NCBI GenBank assembly: GCA_965231005.1
Contig: OZ246405.1
Location: forward strand, 610,709-674,708
Direction: 5' to 3'
Length of the DNA stretch: 64,000 nt
From: an uncultured Gammaproteobacteria bacterium
GTDB lineage: Bacteria; Patescibacteriota; Patescibacteriia; Magasanikbacterales; UBA922
The position numbers and the translations under genes were made by a program. Position 1 is the stretch's first letter. Each line of letters begins with the position of its first letter. This document shows positions 51,484 through 61,709 of the stretch, in pieces. The notes under the pieces are model-generated. The model ran no database searches, was not told the DNA's origin, and saw only the letters and a program-made list of their open reading frames with translations.

Positions 51484-52504
51484 GGTATATTTTTTCGGTT
51501 GAAATTATCATTTTTTCAAGAGAATATGCTTGCACATCCTTGTATGCTTGGGATGCCAAGGTCTCCAAGGTTTTTTTGTGCTCAATTGCGTATATAATAT
51601 TTTTTGATAAATGTTCAATATCTTGAGATTTGGTCAGTAGACCATTTTTTTTGTCTTTTACCAAAGAACTGACTCCTCCTACATCTGAAGCAATAACTGG
51701 AATATGTGAAGACATGGCTTCTAGAATCACATAGGGAAGTCCTTCTTTTCTAGATGGAAGAATAAAGAGGTCAAATGAGGGGAGCAAATTTGCAGCATTA
51801 TCGATATTTCCAGTAAGGTGGACAATCTGCGTTAGCCCTTTTTGTAATATTATTTTTTCAAGTTTCTTTCGATGGGGTCCATCTCCAATAATGATACATT
51901 GGATTTTTTCCTTTGTTTTTTTGTCTAATTTGGCAATTGCATAAAGTAATATATCCACCCCCTTTGTATTATAGAAATTTGCAATTGTTCCGAGCCAGAT
52001 TTTTTGGATGTCTACATGTTGTTTAGTATATTTGGACAGTTCTTTTTTTGCATCATCTTGATTTAGGATGGTTTTTTCATTAATCATTGATATTCCAAGG
52101 GGGACCAGGTGTATTTTTTTTGTACTAATACGGAGTTTTTTTTGTGCGTCTTTTTCGTCTTGTGGAGATAGTACAATAACAGCATCTTTTAGTTTTGATG
52201 TTATGTATTCTAAAAATATATATGTGCTTTTCAATAATGTACTGATTTGTTCGTTAAAGACCCATCCATGAGCTGTATAGACGATTTTTAATGGTTTTCT
52301 ATAGAATATTTTTACAAGAGAACCAAGCACGCCTGCTTTAGAGCTATTAAGATGAATGATATTTGGTTGAATCTTTCTACATAGCAATATTATTTCTACA
52401 AGTGCAAGAAGATCGTTACTAGGGGATAGTCTTCTAAGAAGAAAATTTAGCTTAAATAAGGAGATTTTTGTCTTTTTTTCTTTATTGGAGTGCATGATTT
52501 TCAT
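51473..52504 (-). CDS. glycosyltransferase family 4 whose conserved N-terminal segment lies upstream of the first canonical start codon
   Basis: C-terminal motif PSRKEGLPYVILEAMSSHIPVIASDVGGVSSLV. The frame stays open upstream to 52687. There it encodes LKILYIITQDTWGGAQRYVFDTAIHL, the normal GT4 N-terminus, without any ATG, GTG or TTG. Confidence 0.6.
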   Translation of the reverse strand: MKIMHSNKEKKTKISLFKLNFLLRRLSPSNDLLALVEIILLCRKIQPNIIHLNSSKAGVLGSLVKIFYRKPLKIVYTAHGWVFNEQISTLLKSTYIFLEYITSKLKDAVIVLSPQDEKDAQKKLRISTKKIHLVPLGISMINEKTILNQDDAKKELSKYTKQHVDIQKIWLGTIANFYNTKGVDILLYAIAKLDKKTKEKIQCIIIGDGPHRKKLEKIILQKGLTQIVHLTGNIDNAANLLPSFDLFILPSRKEGLPYVILEAMSSHIPVIASDVGGVSSLVKDKKNGLLTKSQDIEHLSKNIIYAIEHKKTLETLASQAYKDVQAYSLEKMIISTEKIYLTE

Positions 52505-52878
52505 TGAAAGGTCTCCTTTTTTCCCTTTTTTTCCAAATGCAACAAAGATTTTATGCTCTCTTTTGGAGAGATGAATTGCAGTATCAAAAACATATCTCTG
52601 GGCACCTCCCCAGGTATCTTGCGTTATAATATATAGAATTTTTAGCGTGTTGTCTTTTTTGATATTTTTATTTAAACACTTTTTTCGCTAAATGTAGTAT
52701 AGTATGGTTGCAAGAAATTTTCAAATTCAGCAAGAATCTGTAGATATAGGCTTAGTTATCCACATATGGTGCACTATTAGTGCAAAAGTATAGATAGTGT
52801 GGTATAATTTATGTATGAACTGTACGCAGTCCATATTTGTGTAATGCAGTCATAGTTTTTAAAAAGAAGAATTACGTT

Positions 52879-53337
52879 ATGAAGAAACAAAAGAGTGGTG
52901 CATTAGTTGAGAACGAAACCTTGCTTAAAATAATAGCAGGTTTACTAGTGGTAATTACTTTAATTGTACTTTGGTATGCATTTGATTTTTCACCAAACTC
53001 AGATGATGTGGATGGGGGTCAGATTCAACCAGGTTTAGGTCAGGAAATAGGAAGTGTTTCTTCAGGAGACAAAAGTGACAAGAAAGCAGCAGTTGGTCAA
53101 AATAATAATGAAGCAGATATGATTGTCAAAGCTGTGCGGAAACACATGCTTCTTCCAAAGGGAGCAGTCAAAGTATCAAATGTTGTAGATCCTGTCCCAC
53201 TTCAAAATGAAAATCCTCTTGCTTTTCAATATTTGAAAAAAGATCATAAATTGTTGTACTACCCCAATGGATTGATCATTTATGATATGAGTCTTGATAG
53301 AATTGTTGATGTAATTCGGGCTCCGGTATTTAACTAA
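52879..53337 (+). CDS. membrane-anchored hypothetical protein
   Basis: Start at ATG 52879. TM helix LLKIIAGLLVVITLIVLWYAF. Confidence 0.55.
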   Translation: MKKQKSGALVENETLLKIIAGLLVVITLIVLWYAFDFSPNSDDVDGGQIQPGLGQEIGSVSSGDKSDKKAAVGQNNNEADMIVKAVRKHMLLPKGAVKVSNVVDPVPLQNENPLAFQYLKKDHKLLYYPNGLIIYDMSLDRIVDVIRAPVFN

Positions 53338-53456
53338 AAATTATTAATTATTTTATTTATTTTTGAAATATTTCTTTCCTCAGAAGTAAGGAGGTTTTGC
53401 AGGAGACCCCACTGGTATTTTTGAGAAAGTAATATTTTCTAATTTAACATTTAAGT

Positions 53457-54524
53457 ATGATAAATTCCAAAGCATTGGAAAATAGCAGAAAGAGCATCTT
53501 GTCCGCTTTCTACTGTTTTCTTTTAGCCATGGCAGTGGCACTAATACTGTTTGTTCCTACGAGTTTTGCCTCAGCAGCCTCAACATTCGGAAACAATGTC
53601 TCGATAGGTGGGACTCTTACCCAGACAGGAGCAGCAACATTTGACGGAGTAATTCAACCAGCGTCAAACAATGGTGAAGACATTGGAGCATATGGTGCAG
53701 CATGGAGTGAAGTGTTTGCATCAGGAACAGTTCACATTGGTGAAGTAACAAGCGCAAATGAATCTACAACAGCAGGAGATGTAAACATTGGTGGACAGCT
53801 TGTCGTAGACGATGAAATTTTTGCAAGTAGTACGATTACAGTACAAACATCTATTCTTCCATATTCACACGATGGAGCTGACATTGGTACAAATGGTACA
53901 GCAGCATGGAATGACCTGTACACATCAGGAACAGCATTCATAGGTGATGTAAATAGTTCCAATCAGGCAACAACAGCAGGAGATGTGAATATTGGTGGAC
54001 AACTTGTAGTAGATGATGAGATTTATGCAAGTAGTACAATTACCGTACAAACATCAATTTTGCCATATTCACATGATGGAGCTGACATTGGTACAAATGG
54101 AACAGCAGCATGGAATGACCTGTACACATCAGGAACAGCATTCATAGGTGATGTAAATAGTTCCAATCAGGCAACAACAGCAGGAGATGTGAATATTGGT
54201 GGACAACTTGTAGTAGATGATGAGATTTATGCAAGTAGTACAATTACCGTACAAACATCAATTTTGCCATATTCACATGATGGAGTTGACGTTGGTGGAT
54301 GGACTCAGGCATTTAACGATGTATTTGCATCAGGAACTATGAGGAATGCAACTAGCACGACACATAATACAACTGGATCAAGTACATTGTACATAAAGAG
54401 TGGTTTAGCTAATGTGGGCGGAAGGATAGTTATTGAGGATCTTGATGGAGCCGGCTGTAGTCAACTTATGGTTTTGAACGGAACACTTACAACAAGATCA
54501 GTTACATGTCCTGATGATAAGTAA
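53457..54524 (+). CDS. secreted repeat protein (three 67-68-aa tandem units)
   Basis: Signal peptide (LSAFYCFLLAMAVALILFVPTSFASA). The repeated unit is GT.FIGDVNSSNQATTAGDVNIGGQLVVDDEIYASSTITVQTSILPYSHDGADIGTNGTAAWNDLYTS. The C-terminus has two Cys. Confidence 0.7.
   Translation: MINSKALENSRKSILSAFYCFLLAMAVALILFVPTSFASAASTFGNNVSIGGTLTQTGAATFDGVIQPASNNGEDIGAYGAAWSEVFASGTVHIGEVTSANESTTAGDVNIGGQLVVDDEIFASSTITVQTSILPYSHDGADIGTNGTAAWNDLYTSGTAFIGDVNSSNQATTAGDVNIGGQLVVDDEIYASSTITVQTSILPYSHDGADIGTNGTAAWNDLYTSGTAFIGDVNSSNQATTAGDVNIGGQLVVDDEIYASSTITVQTSILPYSHDGVDVGGWTQAFNDVFASGTMRNATSTTHNTTGSSTLYIKSGLANVGGRIVIEDLDGAGCSQLMVLNGTLTTRSVTCPDDK
53724..54332 (+). repeat. tandem direct repeat, period 204 bp, three copies (copies 2 and 3 nearly identical)
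   Basis: AGCAGGAGATGT recurs at 53771, 53975 and 54179. Copies 2 and 3 are identical over most of their length. Confidence 0.9.
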
Positions 54525-54642
54525 TCAGCACTTAATTAATTTGTTGAACCATCCTTACTAAACTAATGTTAGTACCTATGAAAAGTTTACACATTATAAT
54601 TTTAAAGATGATCAACAGTCAATTATCTAAATTAACAAATCT

Positions 54643-56040
54643 ATGATGAACAAACTAAAGCATTATATAGTCTTGTTCTCAGTTCTAGTGCTGGTGGTTC
54701 CTGCTGTTACACTATCCGCGAATGATGTCACCTTTGAGAGTGGTGCCTCCATTCAGCTATCTGGGGATTCGTCTAATTATATCGTTGGTACAGACACGAC
54801 TTTTCAGTCCATGACCGCAAATCCAACAAATTTCAGCTTTGTTGTTGTGGGAAGCTCGTATATTGATCTAACATCTTCTGATAAAAGATCTTTTACAGTT
54901 ACGGGAAATACAAGCTGTGCGTTAGTTCGTACTTGTGGTGAATCAAGTTCACAAATAACGCTCGATTGTCCAGGTAGTATATCTGAGACTACGATAACTG
55001 TGACACCTGGGGAAACCTGTGTTCAAGGTACATCAGGAAGTTATACTGATCCTGCACCTGCACCTTCGTCTTCTGGATCATCATCTGGTTCAACTTCATC
55101 TGGCAGTTCAGCAACAAAAAAAGATGAGCCAAAGAAAACAGAGACCAAAACAACAGAGACAAAAACAACAAATGTTGTGAGACAAACATACTCAACAGGA
55201 TCAAGCACAAAGACGACTATTGCAAACACAACACATACTGTGAAAGTTATCACAGCTGGTACAAATGAAGCCACAGTTTCTATTCAGTCTGATCCAATAA
55301 CATTGGAGCTTATCAAAAATATTGCACAAGATATCGATACTGATGGTAATGGAATGAATGATCTTCGTGTAACATATTTTGGTCTTGTTGATGGCAAAGC
55401 AGACATTAAACTTGAAGCCATTACAGAAAAACCAGGTGATACAGCAAAAAGCACTGTCTGTCCATTGCAAGAGAAAAAAGCCTATAAGCATCCTGGATCT
55501 AGAGCAGTATATTTTGTAACAGCAAAGTGTACAAAGCGAGCATTTAAGAATCCAAATATTTTCTTCTCATACTTTACGTCATGGAAGGATGTTCGTGGTG
55601 CAACAAAAGCAACACTAGACAAGATTCCAAATGATGCATTGTCATTTATGCCATGGGGTCCAAAATATGATCCACAGTATGGAGCACTAGTAAAGATTAC
55701 TTCTGATCCAAAAGTATACTTACTGCTTGGAACTGAAAAATATTGGATTACTTCAGAGTCAGTATTTAATGCTCTAAAATATTCATGGAATTGGATAGAA
55801 GATGTAGCAGAAGATCTTTTGGATAAATACACAACTGGATCTGAGATCACTGATACAAGCAAACATCCAAATCACACACTCATTAAATATGCAGATAGTC
55901 CAAAAGTTTACAAACTTATGGACGGCAAGAAACGGCATATTAAGAATGAGGCTGCATTCAACAAGTTGAAATATAGATGGGATAGAATAGTTACGATTGA
56001 TAAGTCAGAGACATATCCAGATGGAGCAGAGTTGAAGTAG
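54643..56040 (+). CDS. secreted protein with a Ser/Thr-rich linker and a C-terminal domain related to the N-terminal domain of the S-layer-like protein
   Basis: Signal peptide MMNKLKHYIVLFSVLVLVVPAVTLSA. Linker PAPAPSSSGSSSGSTSSGSSATKKDEPKKTETKTTETKTT. The C-terminal pattern (CP..., VY-V, F-N, SW, G-LVK-DPKVYLL-G-K-I-SE-VF...Y) resembles aa 40-170 of the 42585 product. Confidence 0.65.
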   Translation: MMNKLKHYIVLFSVLVLVVPAVTLSANDVTFESGASIQLSGDSSNYIVGTDTTFQSMTANPTNFSFVVVGSSYIDLTSSDKRSFTVTGNTSCALVRTCGESSSQITLDCPGSISETTITVTPGETCVQGTSGSYTDPAPAPSSSGSSSGSTSSGSSATKKDEPKKTETKTTETKTTNVVRQTYSTGSSTKTTIANTTHTVKVITAGTNEATVSIQSDPITLELIKNIAQDIDTDGNGMNDLRVTYFGLVDGKADIKLEAITEKPGDTAKSTVCPLQEKKAYKHPGSRAVYFVTAKCTKRAFKNPNIFFSYFTSWKDVRGATKATLDKIPNDALSFMPWGPKYDPQYGALVKITSDPKVYLLLGTEKYWITSESVFNALKYSWNWIEDVAEDLLDKYTTGSEITDTSKHPNHTLIKYADSPKVYKLMDGKKRHIKNEAAFNKLKYRWDRIVTIDKSETYPDGAELK

Positions 56041-56144
56041 TAAAACCTGTATATAAAAAACCCGACCAAACGGTCGGGTTTTTCTTTTGACAAATTGACA
56101 AATATGATGTATGATACAGCAAAAAGACAATATTTTGCTAAAAT

Positions 56145-57098
56145 ATGCAAAAAAAGAAGACAATTTTAGTCACAGGTGGCGCAGGATTTATTGGATCTCA
56201 TTTATGTGATTCTTTACTGGAAAAAGGTCATGATGTAATTTGTGTTGACAATTTTTTTACTGGATCAAGAGACAACATTTCTCACCTTCTTGAAAGATCA
56301 GATTTTACATTTGTTGAACATGATATTATTGATCCATTTTTTATAGATAAAAAAGTAGACCAGGTCTACAATCTTGCTTGCCCTGCAAGTCCAATTCATT
56401 ATCAAGTAAATCCAGTTAGGACAATTAAGGCAAACACAATAGGAATGATTAATGTCCTTGGGCTTGCGCGAAAGCATGATGCTAGAATACTCCAAGCATC
56501 TACTTCTGAAGTATATGGTGATCCCAAAGTTCATCCTCAGGCAGAAGATTATAAAGGAAGTGTTAGTACTACTGGACCGCGAGCATGTTATGACGAAGGA
56601 AAGCGATGTGCAGAAACACTTTGTTTTGATTATCATCGCATGCATGGAATGGAAATAAAAGTTGTAAGAATTTTTAATACCTATGGACCACGAATGGCTT
56701 TTGATGATGGTAGAGTTGTTTCAAATTTTATTCTTCAAGCCTTGCAAGGAGAGAACATAACAATGTATGGAGATGGTAGTCAGACACGAAGTTTTTGTTA
56801 TGTAGATGATTTGGTTCGCGGGTTAATTGCAATGATGAATAGTGAGGCTGCGTTTATGGGTCCAGTTAATCTTGGAAATCCAGATGAATATTCTATGCTT
56901 CAGCTTGCTGAAAAAATACTAGCGCTTTCAAATTCCTCTAGTAGCCTTGTTTACAAACCACTTCCAGAAGATGATCCAAAAAGACGAAAACCAGACATTA
57001 CTCTCGCAAAGAAAATTCTTAGCTGGGAACCAACAATTTTACTTGAAGAAGGATTAAAGAAAACAATTGAAAATTTCAGAGCTAGACTGAATGTATGA
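56145..57098 (+). CDS. uxs: UDP-glucuronate decarboxylase (UDP-xylose synthase), SDR family
   Basis: [89 protein letters not shown] and [10 protein letters not shown] are near-canonical UXS blocks. Confidence 0.9.
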   Translation: MQKKKTILVTGGAGFIGSHLCDSLLEKGHDVICVDNFFTGSRDNISHLLERSDFTFVEHDIIDPFFIDKKVDQVYNLACPASPIHYQVNPVRTIKANTIGMINVLGLARKHDARILQASTSEVYGDPKVHPQAEDYKGSVSTTGPRACYDEGKRCAETLCFDYHRMHGMEIKVVRIFNTYGPRMAFDDGRVVSNFILQALQGENITMYGDGSQTRSFCYVDDLVRGLIAMMNSEAAFMGPVNLGNPDEYSMLQLAEKILALSNSSSSLVYKPLPEDDPKRRKPDITLAKKILSWEPTILLEEGLKKTIENFRARLNV

Positions 57099-58240
57099 AG
57101 CGGATACTAATTTTTTCCACTGCCTATATTCCATTTATTGGAGGGGCAGAGGTTGCTGTTAAAGAAATTACTGATCGTATTGAATCATATTCATTCGACA
57201 TGATAACAGCAAAAATGGATAGAGCACTTCCTGCTCACGAACGAGTTGGAAATATAGATGTATATCGTATCGGTATTGGAATTCCAATTATCGATAAATT
57301 TTTTTTAGCATTATTTGGTCATCGAAAAGCGTTGCAACTTCACAAGAAAAATCACTATGATCTTGTATGGTCCATTATGGCAAGTTATAGTGGTTTTGCA
57401 GCATCAACTTTTAAGAAAAAAAGTGGCGTAAAATTGTTGCTAACGCTTCAAGAAGGAGATCCATTTGAATATATTCTAAAGAAAGTTCGTTTTGTAAGAA
57501 AACGATTTGATGACATTTTTGGTCGTGCAGATGGCTTGCAAGCAATTAGTAATTATCTTATGAAGTGGGGGAAAGAGATGGGGTTTACAGGAAGTATTGC
57601 ACAGGTTGTTCCAAATGGTGTTGACGTAAAAAGGTTTCGTGTTGAAATATCAAAAGAACAAATAGCGACGCAGCGGCAAGGATTTGGTTTTGATGACAAT
57701 GCGTATATTCTTGTAACTGCTTCACGATTAGTAAAGAAAAATGGTGTTGAGCATGTTATCCAATCACTTGAACAACTTCCAACTCATGTTTGTTTTGTTG
57801 TTTGCGGTACAGGAGAACTACAACCTCAATTAGAAACATTGGTTAGAAAATTAAATCTTTCATCTCGCGTTTTGTTTTTGGGAAATGTTTCACATAAGAA
57901 TCTTCCAACAATTTTAAAGGCAAGTGATGTCTTTATTCGCCCTTCGCTCAGTGAAGGATTGGGAAATGCCTTTCTTGAGGGAATGGCTGCGGGGCTTCCA
58001 ACAATTGGCACACCAGTCGGGGGTATTCCTGATTTTCTTGAAGACAGAAAAACAGGATTTTTATGTAAACCTGAAAATCCAGAGTCAATTGTGAATGCAG
58101 TTAAAAATATTATGAGTCTTTCAGCACAAGAATGGGAACAGATTCAACAAAATGCATTTCAGACTATTGAAGAAGCATATACATGGGCATCTGTTCATAA
58201 CAAAATGAAACAAATATTTAATACTATATGCGCCTCTTAA
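57095..58240 (+). CDS. glycosyltransferase family 4
   Basis: N-terminus [26 protein letters not shown]-terminal motif [33 protein letters not shown]. The ATGA overlaps the uxs stop. Confidence 0.85.
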   Translation: MKRILIFSTAYIPFIGGAEVAVKEITDRIESYSFDMITAKMDRALPAHERVGNIDVYRIGIGIPIIDKFFLALFGHRKALQLHKKNHYDLVWSIMASYSGFAASTFKKKSGVKLLLTLQEGDPFEYILKKVRFVRKRFDDIFGRADGLQAISNYLMKWGKEMGFTGSIAQVVPNGVDVKRFRVEISKEQIATQRQGFGFDDNAYILVTASRLVKKNGVEHVIQSLEQLPTHVCFVVCGTGELQPQLETLVRKLNLSSRVLFLGNVSHKNLPTILKASDVFIRPSLSEGLGNAFLEGMAAGLPTIGTPVGGIPDFLEDRKTGFLCKPENPESIVNAVKNIMSLSAQEWEQIQQNAFQTIEEAYTWASVHNKMKQIFNTICAS

Positions 58241-59364
58241 TTGCTGCTGACATTTTTCCTCCGCAAAGTGGTGGACCAGCAACATATTCTGTTGCGATGG
58301 CCAATGCCTTTGAAAAAGAAGGTGCGCCTGTTAAGATTGTTTCTTTGAATAAGGATTCAGACACGAGTTTAGTACAGTGTCCTATTTTTCCTGTGAAATA
58401 TGGCAATAAAATACTTCGCTATATTCACTTTGCATATTTATTAATTAGACATGCTAGTGATGTAGATGTTATATATGCAATGGGGCCAGTAAATGCTGGA
58501 TTTCCTGGATTATTTGCCGCAAAGCTAAGAGGAAAAAAATTTACTACAAAAGTTGTTGGCGATTATGCATGGGAACAGGGGAAACAGCGTTTTGGTGTGA
58601 AAGAAATGATTGATGAGTTTCAAAAGCGAAGTGATTATAGTTGGAAGGTAAAGATTCTAAAGAAAATTGAGTCATTTGTTGTGCGAAATGCAGACAAAGT
58701 AATAGTTCCAAGTAAATATTTAAAAGGAATTGTCCATGGGTGGGGAGCAGAAAAACAATCGATTGATGTTGTGTACAATGCAATTAAATTCAAGTCAGTT
58801 GAATCTGCGAAAAAAAATCATGAAGAAAAGTGGATTGTGTCTGTTGCTCGTCTTGTTCCTTGGAAGGGGATGGATACACTAATTGATGTTGCATCAAAAT
58901 TATCTAAAACAGACCCGTCTATTCGCCTCAAAATTGTCGGAGATGGACCTGAATTTAATCATTTAGAAAAAAAGGTAAAGGATCTAGGACTTGAACACAT
59001 GGTTGAGTTAACTGGGAAACTTCCAAGAGAGAAGACACTGTCATATATTGCTGGTGCAAGTGTTTTCGTTCTTAATAGTGGGTATGAAGGACTTCCACAT
59101 GTAGTACTTGAGGCAATGAGTTATTCTGTCCCAGTAATTGCAAGTGATGCAGGAGGAAATTCAGAAATCGCACAGCCATATAAAACAGGACTTCTTTTTG
59201 AGTATGACAATGCAAGCGATATTGAAGAAAAATTAAAAACAGTTCTTTATACTGATGCAGTTATTAATCCAATCTTACATTCTGCAGAAAAAGATGAGTG
59301 GTTGAATAATTTTACATTTGAAACAATGTTTTCAAGAACAAAAAAAGTACTAGAAGAGCTATGA
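58228..59364 (+). CDS. glycosyltransferase family 4
   Basis: N-terminus [25 protein letters not shown]-terminal motif LNSGYEGLPHVVLEAMSYSVPVIASDAGGNSEI. Confidence 0.85.
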   Translation: MRLLIAADIFPPQSGGPATYSVAMANAFEKEGAPVKIVSLNKDSDTSLVQCPIFPVKYGNKILRYIHFAYLLIRHASDVDVIYAMGPVNAGFPGLFAAKLRGKKFTTKVVGDYAWEQGKQRFGVKEMIDEFQKRSDYSWKVKILKKIESFVVRNADKVIVPSKYLKGIVHGWGAEKQSIDVVYNAIKFKSVESAKKNHEEKWIVSVARLVPWKGMDTLIDVASKLSKTDPSIRLKIVGDGPEFNHLEKKVKDLGLEHMVELTGKLPREKTLSYIAGASVFVLNSGYEGLPHVVLEAMSYSVPVIASDAGGNSEIAQPYKTGLLFEYDNASDIEEKLKTVLYTDAVINPILHSAEKDEWLNNFTFETMFSRTKKVLEEL

Positions 59365-60353
59365 AAAAGTTGATGATTAGTTTGGACAAAAAGATGTTAG
59401 ATAAGGAGTCACGCGTTGCAAAACGTATGATTGAGTATGGAAAAGAAGATGAATTATTCATTTTAATCCCTTCATCAGAAAAAAAATCCGTTGAATTGAG
59501 CAACACAGTTCATGTTCAGAGTACTGGAGGAAATAAATTGCAGCAGTATTTTCGTTTGAAAAAAGAAGCTTTGAAAGTAATAAAAAAGAACAAAATTATA
59601 TCTATCACTGTTCAAGATCCATTCTTTACTGCAAATATTGGAATTTGGCTTAAGAAAAAAACAGGATCAGTATTAGAAATTCAGGTCCATGGAGATTTTT
59701 TTGGTTCTCGGTTTTACAAGACAAAAAGTCTGAAACATATTGTTAAATTTTTTATTGGAAAAAGAAATGTACTTTCTGCAGATTCGGTTCGTGTTGTTGG
59801 GATGCGGATTGCTGAAAGCCTAAAGAAAATTGGAGTAGAGAAATCAAAAATTTATATAAAATCAATTGATTCTTTCTTAAGTGAGGGATCTATTATTGCA
59901 AACGATTCAATTAATTTAAAAAAAGAATATAATGCAGAAAGGATATTTGTCTGGGCTGGAAGAATGGAGCCAGTAAAGAATTTATCTTGGTTAATTGACA
60001 TTTTTTCTGAGGTAGCTAAAAAAGAACCAACATTCAAATTGCTCCTGATTGGAAATGGTTCAGAAAAATTAACTCTTGTGCGTAAGGTAAAGCAACTACA
60101 CATTGGAAAGCAAGTACACATTCTTTCATGGAAAGAAGATGTCATTTCATACTTAGCAGATGCTGATTGCATACTCTTTCCAAGTTTGAGTGAAGGATAT
60201 GGTTTAGTCCCGATGGAGGCTCATGAAGTAGGAACATGCATTATTATGAATGACGTTGGTGTTGCTAATTATGAGTTGCAACCATCAAAAAACGTACAGA
60301 TTATTCCTGTTTCAAATAGGCAAAAGTGGATTGATGCAATACTACATATATGA
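59361..60353 (+). CDS. glycosyltransferase family 4-like
   Basis: C-terminal motif FPSLSEGYGLVPMEAHEVGTCIIMNDVG. The start overlaps the previous stop (ATGA). Confidence 0.7.
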   Translation: MKKLMISLDKKMLDKESRVAKRMIEYGKEDELFILIPSSEKKSVELSNTVHVQSTGGNKLQQYFRLKKEALKVIKKNKIISITVQDPFFTANIGIWLKKKTGSVLEIQVHGDFFGSRFYKTKSLKHIVKFFIGKRNVLSADSVRVVGMRIAESLKKIGVEKSKIYIKSIDSFLSEGSIIANDSINLKKEYNAERIFVWAGRMEPVKNLSWLIDIFSEVAKKEPTFKLLLIGNGSEKLTLVRKVKQLHIGKQVHILSWKEDVISYLADADCILFPSLSEGYGLVPMEAHEVGTCIIMNDVGVANYELQPSKNVQIIPVSNRQKWIDAILHI

Positions 60354-61393
60354 AATTACTCATCCTTACACAAAAAGTAAATCAGGACGATGATGTCCTT
60401 GGTTTTTTTCATGGTTGGATAAAGGAATTTGCAACGCACTGTGATTCTATTCTCGTTGTTTGTTTGCAACAGGGAAGTTTTGATTTGCCAGAGAATGTAA
60501 AAGTAAAAAGTCTAGGAAAGGAAAAAAATGTATCTAAATTTGCATATATAAGAAATTTTTATAAATATATTTGGAAAGAAAAAAATGAGTACGACACTGT
60601 TTTTGTTCATATGAATCCGGAGTATGTTGTTTTAGGTGGATTGCTCTGGAGACTTATGAAAAAACGTGTATCGCTTTGGTATGTTCATAGACAAGTAAAT
60701 ATAAAGCTAAGAATTGCCAGCATGTTTGCTCATGACATTTTTACTGCGGCCAAGGAAAGTTTTAGACTAAAAAGTAAAAAACTTCATATTGTAGGACATG
60801 GGATTGATACAGAATTGTTTCGTTGTAGAGAAAAAAAGAAAAATCAAGATTTAACAAAAATTATATCTGTTGGGCGAATAACAAAGATAAAGAATCTAGA
60901 TACATTGATTCATGCTGCTGCAAAATTAAAAAATTTGACGAAGCAGAAATTTTCTATTGATATTATTGGCTCTCCTACAAGTGATGAAGATAAAGAGTAT
61001 TTTAGCTATCTTCAAAAAGAGATTCGAGATAAAAAAGTCAAAGATGTTATCCATTTTGTTGGCTCTGTTTCACATAAGGAAATTGTTGATATATATTGTC
61101 AGAGTGATTTTTCTGTAAATCTTACTCCAACTGGCGGCATTGACAAAGCAGTCCTTGAGTCCATGTCCTGCGGTGTTCCTGCTCTTGTTTCAAATAGAGC
61201 ATTTGAGAGCATATTAGGAGAATATGCTGGGAATTTATTATTTTCTTTTCAAGATTCTAGTGATCTTGCTAAAAAAATGGATCATCTTATAGGGAGCAGT
61301 GCTGATAGTCTATCTTCCCAGCTGAGAACAATAGTATCTCAGCAGTTTGATTATCGTGTGTTGATAAACGAAATTGTCCTAATTCTACGATAA
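60350..61393 (+). CDS. glycosyltransferase family 4-like
   Basis: C-terminal motif NLTPTGGIDKAVLESMSCGVPALVSNRAF. The start overlaps the previous stop. Confidence 0.7.
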   Translation: MKLLILTQKVNQDDDVLGFFHGWIKEFATHCDSILVVCLQQGSFDLPENVKVKSLGKEKNVSKFAYIRNFYKYIWKEKNEYDTVFVHMNPEYVVLGGLLWRLMKKRVSLWYVHRQVNIKLRIASMFAHDIFTAAKESFRLKSKKLHIVGHGIDTELFRCREKKKNQDLTKIISVGRITKIKNLDTLIHAAAKLKNLTKQKFSIDIIGSPTSDEDKEYFSYLQKEIRDKKVKDVIHFVGSVSHKEIVDIYCQSDFSVNLTPTGGIDKAVLESMSCGVPALVSNRAFESILGEYAGNLLFSFQDSSDLAKKMDHLIGSSADSLSSQLRTIVSQQFDYRVLINEIVLILR

Positions 61394-61476
61394 AATTCTG
61401 GTTATCATTTTCTTGAAAAGTAAGCGAATTTGTGGTAATCTATGATCTAGTCTACATTTAAATTATTCTGAAATAT

Positions 61477-61707
61477 ATGAAGCAATATCTTGTAAAAGCA
61501 AAGAAAAAGTGGATGAAATTTGTTTATATTCTTGGAGAAGTAAATAGTAAAGTTATTTTTACTATTCTGTTTTACCTTATGTTCGGAATATATGCTATTA
61601 TTACGAAAATCATAAAATTCTTTTTTAGAAAAGCCTCTCCTGATTCTTTTTGGATAGAAAAAAAATATACTGATCCAGACATTGAATTTCTTAAAAGACA
61701 GTTTTAA
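61477..61707 (+). CDS. small membrane protein adjacent to the carbamoyltransferase (possibly SxtJ-like)
   Basis: 76 aa with one or two hydrophobic helices (VIFTILFYLMFGIYAIITKII). The call rests mainly on position directly upstream of the carbamoyltransferase. Confidence 0.4.
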   Translation: MKQYLVKAKKKWMKFVYILGEVNSKVIFTILFYLMFGIYAIITKIIKFFFRKASPDSFWIEKKYTDPDIEFLKRQF

Positions 61708-61709
61708 AT

